Shown: positions 1-10,266, counted from the stretch's first letter. The stretch: 64,000 nucleotides of DNA from Blastocladiella emersonii ATCC 22665 (GCA_025594325.1 JANHCV010000018.1:149279-213278); one strand, 5' to 3'. The notes: generated from the letters alone by a model not told the origin. Numbers and translations: made by a program.

Positions 1-1501
1 CGTCGTCGTGCTCCTGGAGCCCGCCAACACGCCAGTCGAGCCTGCGCGGCGCCAGAGCAGCCTCGAGCGCCATCATGGCGTCGATCTCGTCGCAGCAAGG
101 GTTGCTCCCCACCTCCCACACGCGCACGGAGGTCAGATGATCCGTGAGCCCGCGGAGTGTGCCCATGGACAGATCGGTCGCGGTCTAGACGACGGGCGTG
201 ATGCGGGGCGGCGGTCAGTACATCCTGCTTCGCTCGCACAGCGGAAAGTGGACATGCTCTCGTACCAAGTCGATCGCGGTGAGCAGGCGCGTCTCACTTG
301 CCGGGACCAGTGCTGGGACCAGTTCAGCGAGCGAAATACCGCGCAGTGACGCTGTCTGAAGCTTGCTCAGGCCCAGAAGCCCGGCCACGTCGCACGCGGG
401 TAGAGTACGGCACTCGGAGACGTCCAACACGCGAATGTGCGGGTAAGTTCGCACGAACGAGCTCGAGACGAGGGCAAGCCCGGGGTTTTTGGCAAGGGAG
501 AGTTCTGCGAGGTACGGGTGCGGGTGTGGTTGCGCGCACGCGTCGTCGAGCAGCGGACCCTCAATCCCGCACTGCGCGAGGTCCAGTCGTTCGAGGAGCG
601 GAAAGCGACCGCGCGGATCCAGGATTGCGCGGGCTCCTTCTAGACCAACCCCGCTACCAATTAAAACGAGTGAGCGCAACGAGGTTTGCGCCTGGAGACT
701 GGGCATGAGTTTGGTCCACGCCAGGTCTAGACCAAGGGCTGGGTTGCCAGCAACTTCCAGAGTGGAGAGGGCCGGGCAGACCGACAGCCAGTGGCGAAGG
801 TCGACTGGGTCCAGCGCGCAGTCGGAAAGATCAAGCGACTCGAGCGTGTGGAGGAGGACGGAGGTGCCACTGGTCGCGAGGGAAGGACGGTCGTTGCCCG
901 CAAGATTAAGTCGGGTCAAGGAGCTTGCGACGGCGCCAAGTATGGTTGCGACAAAGGAAAGCTCGCCCTTGAGGGCCTTCCCCGAGAGATCGAGTGACTT
1001 GAGATGTGATTGGGCGCCGAGATGTTCAAATCCGCGAGCCCAAGGAGCAGCGTCTTCGTCTTGGGCCGTCTGCGGCAGCGCGGCTACGGACTCGAGCGAG
1101 AACGATGACGCGAGGTATGCCTCGAGCGCCGCGTGGGCAGACGCGGGAATCGTGTGCCCCGAGAGCTGCAGGGAATGGACACCGTGTTCCGCGGCCTCAG
1201 CATCCGCGAGAGCGGCAAAGAGGCGGGCCCAATCCTCCTCGCGAATGCGCTGCGATGAAAAGAGCACAAGCTCGCGAATCCGTCCCGACCGGATCTGTGC
1301 CAGAAGCGGGTCAAGGGGGGCAGGTTGGGGACCCCATGCGGAGCCAGCGTTGCCCCACACCATGGAGGAAATCAAGCGTTGAAGATCTTGGTACCGTTGC
1401 TGCGGGTCGAGCGGGAGCTGAGGGAAGGCTTGAGTTTGCAGTGCTAGCTCGACGGCCGACGGATCGGCGTTGTATTTTAGCATCACGTGAGTCGTCTCCA
1501 T
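1..1501 (-). CDS. RNI-like leucine-rich repeat protein; exons 1501-266 and 184-<1, 3' end runs off the window, true start uncertain
   Basis: ORF 215-1501 has repeated LxxLxLxxN/C motifs (LKSLDLSGK, LTRLNLAGN, LESLDLSDC, LSTLEVAGN, LERLDLAQC, LAELSLAKN, IRVLDVSEC). Removing intron 265-185 continues the frame as ...IDL|TATDLSMGTLRGLTDHLTSVRVWEVGSNPCC..., another LRR-like unit. Confidence 0.85.
185..265 (-). other. Spliceosomal intron (81 nt) in the LRR gene
   Basis: Minus strand GTACGA donor, TACTGAC branch point, CTAG acceptor; splicing removes the ORF-track stop and keeps an open LRR-like frame. Confidence 0.8.
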
Positions 1502-1809
1502 GCGCTTGCTCTATTGAGCCGCACACTCTGCAAAACGCTAAACGGTGCAACCTGAACCTCTGGTGCACGACTTGTAGTTCCATCGCCAAGTCCGGGGGAA
1601 CCAAAGCTCAAATTTGCCCTGATCAATAAACGTAGTCGGTTTAGTAACAAGCCGTCGCCGTCATGTGTTGTGGAACGACAAGAGCTGCTCGCGACGTGCT
1701 TGCCAGGTGCTCGAGCTGGGCCTCGGTTGAGTTGTTCAGCTCAGGTCATGTACAGCGGAATGGGTGGGTGAACGATTAATTACAGATTTAGCGAGCATGG
1801 CACAGGCCC

Positions 1810-2151
1810 TTAGCGGGCGTCAAACTGGACCACTGCGGGCGGGGATGGCAAAGTACGTGAGTGGTGCAACATTATCGGTGAGGTGGGCCAGCGAACCGGT
1901 CCGTGAGCGAGGCGACGTACTCTTGCTTGTCCGCTTCTTGTAGAGCACACGGTGGCCACAGTTGTAGCAACGGATGGGGGCCTTGGGGCTGATTTTCACG
2001 TCGCCATGGCAAGCTTAGCGCGATGAGAGGGGCGTTAGCGGCGAGATGGCTCAAAGCGTGCGGAAGGCAGTCCATCGCGCATACCAGCGCAGGTGTAGGT
2101 CATATCCGCCGCCGGTTGCGGGGGCGCCGAGTACAGCGTCGAAGAATCCAT
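1810..2151 (-). CDS. RPB12: DNA-directed RNA polymerases I/II/III subunit RPABC4 (RPB12/POLR2K family), 60 aa, exons 2151-2085, 2013-1921, 1832-1810
   Basis: Manual splicing gives MDSSTLYSAPPQPAADMTYTCAACHGDVKISPKAPIRCYNCGHRVLYKKRTSKMVQFDAR*, with the family's CxxC...CxxC zinc ribbon, GHRVLYKKRT and terminal QFxAR. Intron 2084-2014 is GTATGC..GCTAAC..TAAG and intron 1920-1833 is GTACGT..GCAG. Not in the ORF track. Confidence 0.95.
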
Positions 2152-2376
2152 GGTTGCTCACGTAATGCAATAGGTCAGGGCGTGGTCAACGGTCTCGAGT
2201 CGGCGACAGCGCGCGTGGCGGCGGGACCAGGCGCCAGCCCCGGATGTGGGGCCGATGGCGTCAAGGTCAGCTGACATCAACTGACCTGTCGTCGTGCGTC
2301 GTCGCCCAGCGCCGAATCTTTGCCTCGTCGCAATACTGCTTGCCACTGTCCAACGACGGATCACACTCACATTGAA

Positions 2377-3830
2377 ATGGAGACGAATGACTCGCAGACT
2401 CAGCGCAAACGGTCGCGATGGGCTGGCAGCGACAGTGAGAGCGAGGAAAACTCGAGGGCAGCGACCTCCCAGTCTCACCGCCGTGAGCGCAAGCGCAAAC
2501 CCGAGCGTGTGACCCATGCCGCATCCTGCGCATCAGACACCCTCGCTTCAACCCTTGCTGTACCAAACGAGGTGTCCGCAGCACTCCGCCGCCGACACGG
2601 CGACCCTGCAGCCCAGCGCACGCTCCGTGTTGACGACGCGCCTCTGATTCCGGCAGCCCCAACATCTTTTGATCCGGCTCTGGCATTAGCGTCATCAAGC
2701 CACCACGAAAGGCCTTTCGATGTTTCTCCTGCTCTCGTCACACGGGCAAGGCTCCCGCCGATCCGCCCTTGCCGGGGCGTGGACTCGTATGAGAAACTCA
2801 ACCGTATCGACGAGGGTGCATACGGAATTGTTTATCGTGCCCGTTGCCGCGCAACCCACGAAATCGTTGCTCTAAAGAAGCTGAAACTGGATCGCGAACG
2901 CCATGGGTTTCCCGTGACAGCCCTGCGCGAGATTGAGACTTTACTTCGCATGCGCGATCATCCCCACATTGTGCACGTCCGAGAAATCGTGATGGGGAAC
3001 AGCCTTACTTCTATCTTCATCGTCATGGACTATGTTGAGCATGATCTCAAGGCACTGTTAGCAACCATGCCAAGCCCCGGGTTCCACCCGTCCGAAATCA
3101 AGACCCTCCTCGCTCAACTTCTCGGTGCCGTGGCGCATTTGCACAAACACTGGCTTGTACACCGCGACCTTAAAACTTCCAACCTCTTGCTCAACAACTG
3201 CGGTGAACTTAAGGTTGCCGACTTTGGACTGATTCGCAAGTTTTCAACGCAATCTGGAGCAGACGGTGGCGGCGCAAGCGACCCCCATGGCCGTCCACTT
3301 ACTCAACTTGTCGTTACCCTGTGGTATCGCGCGCCTGAGCTCCTGCTAGGCGCCGTTCAGTACGCGTCTGCGATCGATATGTGGAGTGTCGGCTGCATTT
3401 TCGCAGAACTCTACCTCCGCGAGCCCCTCTTTTCGGGCAGAGGAGAGGTCGACCAGCTTGACAAGATTGGAAAATTGCTTGGAAACTTTCCCACGTCCCT
3501 CCACGAACTCCCCTTGGCAAAGAACTTGAAACTTGGTCATTATGGCGCGGGTCCGGGCCTTCGTTCGCGGATTCCTAGCATGTCGAATTCCGGCTTAGAC
3601 CTCCTGTCGAGACTACTAGACCTTGATCCTTCGCATCGTATCACGGCGGAGGAAGCTCTCGCCCATCCTTACTTTACGAGGTGCGTGTCGACGGGGGACC
3701 GCGCGTTATAGCATGTACTGACATCTCGCCATTCCCTAAACCTAAAACCTAAAGTGAGAAGCCTGCGCCTCGAGACCCCTCATTATTTCCAAGTTTCCCC
3801 GCCAAAGGCGAACTTAGAGGGTACGTTTAA
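2377..3830 (+). CDS. CDK11: Cyclin-dependent kinase of the CDK11/CDK10 (PITSLRE) group; likely ATG at 2377, intron 3681-3754
   Basis: YEKLNRIDEGAYGIVYRA, VALKKLK, GFPVTALREI (PITSLRE-type helix), HRDLKTSNLL, KVADFG, VVTLWYRAPELLLG. Splicing GTGCGT..TACTGAC..AAAG (3681-3754) yields HPYFTSEKPAPRDPSLFPSFPAKGE, resembling the CDK11 post-kinase tail. The final stop (3828-3830) is uncertain because GTACGT at 3821 may be another donor. Confidence 0.9.
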
Positions 3831-4094
3831 CTCGCTAATTTACCCGGCTACTTAAAATTGACCCGGACCACTGTCATTCCCATCCATTAGAGCCTGTGAA
3901 AACTCGACAGACTCACCTGCTGTTGCAACTTGATTATTGTGCACAGTTCCGTTGGGTTTCAAGTGTACCCGCAGTCGCACCTGCTACAGAACAACTGGTT
4001 GTTGATGAGGCGAACCCAAGGCGGCGAACTTTCCATACAACCACAGGTTTGTGATCATGCAAAAGTGACATTGTGAAGTCAAAGCGCGATTTGA

Positions 4095-5353
4095 GGCGCC
4101 ATTGACCATGCCCGCGACACAGAGAAGGCGATGTACGTGTACTTTGAGGACAAGAGCAAGGCGTTCGACAAGGTCCCGCACTCGATCCTGCGGCTGGCCC
4201 TGCGCCGCATCCGCCTGCCTGAGCCGTTCATTCAGTTGTACTGCACGCAGGTCCTTGAGGGTCGCACATCGCGTGTGATCACTGCGTATGGGCTCACCGA
4301 ACCGATCCCGTGTCTCCGCGGCGTGCCCCAGGGCGCAGTTGAGTCCCCGCTAATGTTGTCCTGTCTCTACGATTCCCTCCTTTGTAACGATATTTCGAAA
4401 GGCGCAGATGACGCATTTCCCCTCCTCCCGTATGCAGGTCGCGGTTCCTTCAAGTCCGCGCACACTCGGCCTGGTTGCAACCCGCCGAGACGACTTTTCC
4501 CTGGCACCAAGCACCGCCCACCCGTCAAGCTCAAGAACCTGTCGTTCGTGGACGACGCGGCCTTCTTCGCGTGCACGCCAGGCGGCCTCCACCGCACCGT
4601 GGCACGCGTCGACTCGTTCAACGCGGCCTGCGGCATTCGATCCAATGCCGCCAAGGGCGCCGTGCTGTCAATCAACTCTAAACGAGAGCCGCTGATCAAG
4701 TCCAACGACGTCGAGGTGCCAAGGATTTCGAGCGATGGAGCGTTTCGCTACCTGGGCGTCTTCCTCAACGCGACGGGCACGGGTGGCCCGGCCGTAGAGG
4801 CCATGGAGGAGACGTTCGGGCGCGCGATGCTCTCGCTGCGGAACAAGAAGATCACGGCCAAGATGGCCGTGTACGTCATCAACGCGGTCGTCTGGCCTGC
4901 CATGGTGTACCGCTCTCGCAACTTTGTGCCCAAGCTCCGCCGCTTGCAGAAGTGGGACGCGTCCGCGCGTGCTCTCATTCGCAAGAAGCTGCATGTCGCG
5001 AGCACCTTCCACGCGTCAGCGCTCCACCATCCCGCGATCCTCGCGCTTGCGTCCATCGAGGAGCAGGTCACCCGGTACCACATGAAGGCGGTCATCTCTT
5101 CTCTCAACCACTGCGATACCATGATCCGCACGGCAGTCCGCTGCTCGCTCTCAGCTTTGCAGACCTATCTCACGGTCCCTTACTCGCCGCTTGCCGTCCC
5201 AACCAGCGAGCCGACTGCGGAGAGTCCATGTTACTTTGGCGGCTTGCTCGAACTCATGCGCGTCCGGCGCCTCTCGATTGCCGATCTTAGCGGCGAGTAT
5301 ACGATCGGCAACCCCGCCACGGACTTGCCAATTCGCCAGCTGGTGCCCTGGGG
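4095..5353 (+). pseudogene. Non-LTR reverse transcriptase domain (N-terminally truncated) and thumb region, up to a frameshift
   Basis: DKSKAFDKVPH, GVPQGAVESP, LSFVDD (YADD-type site), FRYLGVFL. After ...QLVPWG the protein-like sequence continues in the frame of ORF 5381-7381 (QISPTVRRAMRGYF...), implying one missing base in GGGG at 5350-5353. Confidence 0.9.
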
Positions 5354-5752
5354 CAGATCTCTCCCACTGTCCGCCGCGCCATGCGGGGCTACTTCATCTC
5401 GAACATCTCGCAGTTTACTCAGCATGGCAAGATTGCAGATGGCATCAACCCACAGTGCGCTGAGGAGTTGCTCTCGGGCCGCTTCAACCCAGCGACCAGG
5501 TGTTTTGTGCAAGTCCCTGAGCGAACCCAGTTCATCAATCTCGCGACCTGCTTGCTCCAGGCCTATCTCGCCGACCCTCATGCCCATCCACAGTGGGGCC
5601 CGTGTGCAGCCTTTTGCACCCGCGAGCCTTACCCACTCAGTGTTGACGACGAAGTTGCTCCACCCATCAACATCCGCGAGGCCTTCACCGCAGGCCTTCG
5701 CGTGACACAAGTCCCGGCTCAGGCGGGCCCGCTCGACCTCGATCCTGCACTG

Positions 5753-6182
5753 GTGCCTGTCTACACGGACGGCTCCATGGTGCCAGCTGCGGACGGGGTC
5801 GGGTCGTCCCGCCTTGGAGCGGGCGTGTGGTTCCCGACGCTTGGTGTCCGTCTGTCAGCGCGCGTCTCGCCTGGCGTAGCTTCTTCTACGCGAGCCGAGG
5901 CGTGGGCGATCGCGCTTGCGGTCGCCGCGGCACCACAGCGCTCGCGGATCCACATCTACTCTGACTCCCAGGCTGCCATTGCATCGGCCATCCGCGTCCT
6001 ATCGTTCCTTTCCTCCTCCTCGTCTGATTCTGGCTTTCCTTCTTCCCTCACTTCTACTGACGCATGGTCGTTTGCAGTGGCAGCCGCGCGTGCCCGCCGC
6101 GTGACCTTCACAATCTCCTGGGTCCGCGGGCACGCCGGCGTTGAGGGGAACGAGATCGCTGACGGGCTCGCCGCTGACGGGA
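5753..6182 (+). CDS. RNase H domain of the retrotransposon polyprotein
   Basis: VYTDGS, SSTRAEAWAI, IYSDSQAAI, WVRGHAGVEGNEIAD: complete D-E-D-H-D catalytic set. Confidence 0.93.
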
Positions 6183-6568
6183 TCAATCTGGCCCAAGAGC
6201 TCGTCCTCGCTCCCCCCTTCGCCAAACAGATCCGGTTAGATGTTCAGCATGCGCTGTATTTTGATGACGTCCCCGTTCCCACATCCTCCACTGCACTCCT
6301 CAAGATCCTGTCCACTGCACGCTGCGATGCGACTATCCGCTCCAAGTCCGCCCTCCTCTCCTTCCTCCACACCTCCCCTGACCCCGATGAGCACCCTGAC
6401 ATGCTTGCGACCTCACTGGCCATTGGCTCCGGCTCCCGCCCGCTCGATAAGCGCACCTCCAGCGCTGCGAACCGCGACATCGTCTATCGCGTTCGCCACC
6501 TCCTTGGGATCACACCCACTCGCTCACTACTGCACGCCCGCCATCCTACTCTAGTCACTTCACCGGTG

Positions 6569-6619
6569 TGTCCTAGGTGCCAAGTAGCCATTGACGACGG
6601 AAGCCACTGGATGATCTGC
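6569..6619 (+). other. C-terminal CCHC zinc knuckle of the non-LTR ORF
   Basis: CPRCQVAIDDGSHWMIC = C-x2-C-x8-H-x3-C, located downstream of RT/RNase H as in many non-LTR elements. Confidence 0.8.
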
Positions 6620-8555
6620 ACCCGTAACGCCGCGGCCGTGTCCGCCGCGCTGGGCTCTGCCCAAAAGTCCATTGAGCGGTATTCTTGCCGCGCCGCTGCC
6701 TCTGTTGCCGCCGCCGCCGCCGCTACTGCTGCGGCCGCATCCACTGCACGAGCACCGAATGCGCCCACTCCACCTCCACCTCCACCTGCACCACCACCGC
6801 CTCTCTCTCCTGTCCAAGGCGAGGACCTCAGCACGCCCGGCTACGCCATGGTCGGCGAGTCCATTGCTGGTGCAACTGACGCCCTCCACAACTTTGGCAC
6901 TCGACTCGCAGCGTCCATCTGGCGCGACCCCGACGCCCTCTCCCGCCTCGCCGGCTGCGTTCTACGCGTCCGCGACGTGTCGTTCGGCTCGCGGGCCCTC
7001 CAACTCGACCGCGCCCTCACCCGGCCCGTCCTCGCGGCCATCACGTCCGTCGCCTCCCGATCCCTCTGGCGCGGCGCCTGGCTCTCTCACTCTGCTGGCT
7101 GCACCGAGGCCGACCCACTCGATTTTTCTGAAGCTCCGCCGCACGAGCCGCGTGAGCGGGCCCACCGCCCATTTGGCCAGCCCATTGCCACACTCAAGTT
7201 CATCAACCGCCACCACTACTGCTCTCGCTGTCTGAGCTCGCTCCATTCCCACGTCCCCCACCCGTCTGGGCGTGAAGAAAACCCGCCCGTGTGCCCGCCG
7301 TCCACCGCGGCCCAGGCGGCTCTTGTTGCAGATCCCTCCGTCCGACTTTGGTTGCTCGGTTCCCCAAGGCACATTCGGTGATGTGACTAGACCAAGGATC
7401 GGCGCAGTCGACGCAAGTCCAGTGGCACCAGGTGTTTGCGCGCGGTACTGACCCATCCACTTTCTCTCGTTCTGACCACGATGAAACGCATGATCCGCCA
7501 CTGAATGGCGCTGACGCACAAAAGAAAAAGAAAAAGAAGGAGAAAAACAAAATAAAGAGAAACGCAACAAGAAGAACGTCCGCACAAAAAGATGGAAAAA
7601 CATCTGACGAACCTCACAGGCCATGCCCAATACCACAGCACTGCCACTGGTCCATTGGCATGTCCTCGCGCTCTAGCTGGTCACGCCAGCGTGTCTCTCT
7701 GCTCGGTCTCTCTTTACTGCTCTTCGTTCGCTCTCTTAGCTCGCTGCTCGAGCTCGCTCTCTCTTCGCCTCGTTCGCCCATCTCTCTCGTACTCCCCTCT
7801 CCTCCCACAATTCTTCCCCCTATGCTCCTCGACGTGCACGGTCCGGGCTTGTCGTACTGCGGCTTGCCCACAAAAAGGCTGCTGCCCGTTGCACAGTGGA
7901 TATTCTGGTTGCAGTCCACAACCGCAGTTAAGGAATAAATGCATTGGTTCCAAAATAAAGAGGGTTCCGAGCAGCTCCTCTGTCTATCCGCGTGAAACCA
8001 CTCACCCGCTGACGGACGTACACCGCGCACCGTGCAGCGCGCACAGCACACAGCGCCCGACGCACCCCGCGGTGCGCACACGGCGCAAACGGCCACCCTG
8101 GTGTCACACACACTCGCATGAACGGCAGGCATGCAAGGCGTCCTCAACTCAACAATGATTTATCATCCAGGCTTGCTACTCGCTCCAACGGGTGCGCCTG
8201 CCTGCCCTCCCGGTGCCGTTGATTGATTGATGGGTGCGCCAGCCCCTGTTGCCAGCCAAGTGGCAAGCAACACCACAGCACCTGCGTCGCCCTGGCCACC
8301 GTACCTTGGAAACAGCGTAGCAGCCGTACTGCTTCACAGGGCTGCAGAGGGCTGGCTGCGGAGGGCTGAGGCGGCAGGGCTCCTGCTGCAGGAAGGAGAC
8401 AGTGCTGGGGCCAAGGAGTGCTAGGGACGACAAACTGAATGGTGAATGACCCACACACCACATGCTCCTGGCAGGAGAGCGTGTGGGCGTGCGGGCCTGT
8501 GTCCGTGCGTGCCTGTGTCCGTGCGTGCCTGGATTAGACCTCCATCACAAGCGCC

Positions 8556-8631
8556 AAGTGACCAAGTGACCAAGGTGACCAAGTGACCAAGGTGACCAAG
8601 GTGACCACGGTGACCAAGGTGACCAAGTGAC
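8556..8631 (+). repeat. 8/9-bp minisatellite (AAGTGACC/AAGGTGACC, about 9 units), present in every unit
   Basis: Directly visible; a 17-bp shorter allele occurs in units 11, 13, 14, 15 and 16. Confidence 0.95.
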
Positions 8632-9044
8632 ACACAAGCACCAAGCTAGGGTGGCCGGGCGGCCATGGAACGTACTGCATGGGTACCAATACCGTGGACT
8701 GGCCGCGGCCATTAATCGCAGCACAGCCCTGCCTGGCTCAGGACGCGGCGGGCGTGGGAGGCGGGCAGGGTAGATAGGTAGCAGCAGCAGGACCTGGCTA
8801 GCTGGCTGTCAAACAGCACGAGTGAAGGGGTGCGTGAGGGAGGGTGTGTTGAATGAATGGATGGGTGGATGCAGGCAGACCTTCATACGTGTCGTGCGTG
8901 ATGAGGATTGGCTGGCCACTATCCACCCACCAACGCCATGGCATGGCTGCGGGTGTCGCTGCGTGCGCCTTGGCGGGTGGTAGTGGAGCTAAAGTGGTGT
9001 CGTGGGGCTCTTGGGGTCCCCTTTCCTTCCTGTCTGGCCTAGGT

Positions 9045-9059
9045 GGGTGGGTGGGTGGG
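9045..9059 (+). other. G-quadruplex-forming motif GGGTGGGTGGGTGGG, one per unit
   Basis: Four G3 tracts with single-T loops, a sequence class known to form stable parallel G4 in vitro; in vivo folding not shown. Confidence 0.7.
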
Positions 9060-9245
9060 CGGACGTAGCGCGCATGCGGGCGGGCAAGCTAGGAACGTTG
9101 CTCACGCAATGGATCATGTATTTCATGGAACGTAGTCTGGACAGCAGAGAGGGGGATGTCCGGCCCAATCGGACCCTCCACGAATCACAATATGCACGCA
9201 ATGAATTGACCGATGATAGGGCCGTACCAAACCAGCCACGTAGAC

Positions 9246-10152
9246 AATTGTCATGGTAGTCGAACAAAACCATATTCAAATCTTTGACTACACGCTTGTC
9301 CAGCTAGCCAGGGACCCATAAATCACAGTATCGACCCAACTAAATATTTGACAACGGAAAGATAGTAAACCAGCCTCGTACATAATTGTCATGGTACTCA
9401 AACAAAACCATATTCAAAACCTTGACTTCCCGCATGTCCAGCTGGCCAGGGACCCATAAATCACAGTATCAAACCGACAAAGTATCTGACAACAGAAATA
9501 TGGTAAAACAGCCACGCGGATAATTGTCATGGTACTCAATCAAAACCATATTCAAATCTTTGCTTTCCTGCATGTCCAGCTGGTTGAGGACCCATAAATC
9601 GTAACGTCAAAGCAACAGTATATCTGACCATAGAAGTATAGTAAACCAGCCACTCTGGCAACTGTCATGGTACTCAAACAAAACCATACTCAAATCTTCG
9701 ACTTCCCACATGTCCAGCAGGTTGGACACCCATAAATCACAGTATCAAACCAACGAAATATCTGACCACATGAGTATATATAACCGACCGCGTAGGTAAT
9801 TGTCTTGATACTCAAACAAAACCATATTCAAATCTTTCACTTCCCGCTTGTCCAGCTAGCCAGGGACCCATAAATCACAGTATCACAGCAACGCAATATC
9901 TGACCAAAGAAATATCGTAAACCAGGCACGTAGATAATTGTCATGGTACTCAAACAAAACCATAGTCAAATCTTCGAGTGCCCCATGTCCAGGTGGGCAA
10001 GGGCCTATAAATCACAGTATTGAACCAAGAAAACACCTGACTGACGATCGGGATGTATCAAACCCGCCACGCTGATAATTGTCATGGTACTCAAACATAA
10101 CCATACTCAGCCAAATCTTCGCATACCCTCACGTCCAGGTGGGCGAGGAACC
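9246..10152. repeat. Nested array of 138-bp subrepeats (6 full plus 1 partial, plus a degenerate half copy at about 9166-9245), present in every unit
   Basis: AATTGTCATGG-like heads at 9246, 9384, 9522, 9660, 9798, 9936 and 10077 (period 138; last 141). Copies are roughly 70-80% alike by eye. Confidence 0.95.
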
Positions 10153-10266
10153 AAAGCGCCAGATATTCAAATCTACCGCTTTGTGCACACTCCACTAGCC
10201 AACTCTTCGATCCCCTAATAATGGAGCCCGTCGTCAAAGTGCACGGTCCAATCAACTAAGTAAACA

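Larger units (their letters stand above)
4095..7959 (+). mobile_element. 5'-truncated non-LTR retrotransposon (RT, RNase H, CCHC, 3' UTR, AATAAA and A tail)
   Basis: RT-like frame opens after a TGA at 4092 in mid-RT, with no endonuclease or ORF1 upstream. ORF ends at 7381; AATAAA at 7934-7939; tail AAAATAAA at 7952-7959. Confidence 0.93.

Noticed and set aside
3734-3754. Telomere-like CCCTAAA-CCTAAAA-CCTAAA
   Set aside because: Only three imperfect units, lying in the 3' part of the CDK intron 3681-3754.
3966-4010. Minus-strand peptide LINNQLFCSRC resembling the element's FINRHHYCSRC (possible inverted related fragment)
   Set aside because: Only 11 aa in a short frame closed by stops, with no DNA-level similarity visible; compatible with chance.
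8-7235. Antisense and alternative-frame ORFs over the LRR, kinase and retro genes (e.g. 489-1382, 1006-1629, 5231-5710, 6672-7235)
   Set aside because: Shadow ORFs typical of GC-rich coding DNA; no motifs.
10036-10065. Hammerhead ribozyme core (CTGACGA) in subrepeat 6
   Set aside because: No GAAA or stem II/III follows, and the other subrepeats have CTGAC without GA.
9246-10152. 138 bp read as a 46-aa protein repeat (minus frame YHDNY..RGWFTIF..YCDLWVP), including under a non-standard genetic code
   Set aside because: All frames I examined have recurrent stops of several types (TAA, TAG, TGA) replacing unrelated codons, subrepeat 6 has a -1/+4 shift, and neighbouring genes use standard stops.
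9246-10152. CRISPR-like repeat-spacer array (conserved ~37-nt head plus variable body)
   Set aside because: The bodies are homologous to each other rather than unique spacers, are about 100 nt long, and there are no cas genes; the context is eukaryotic.
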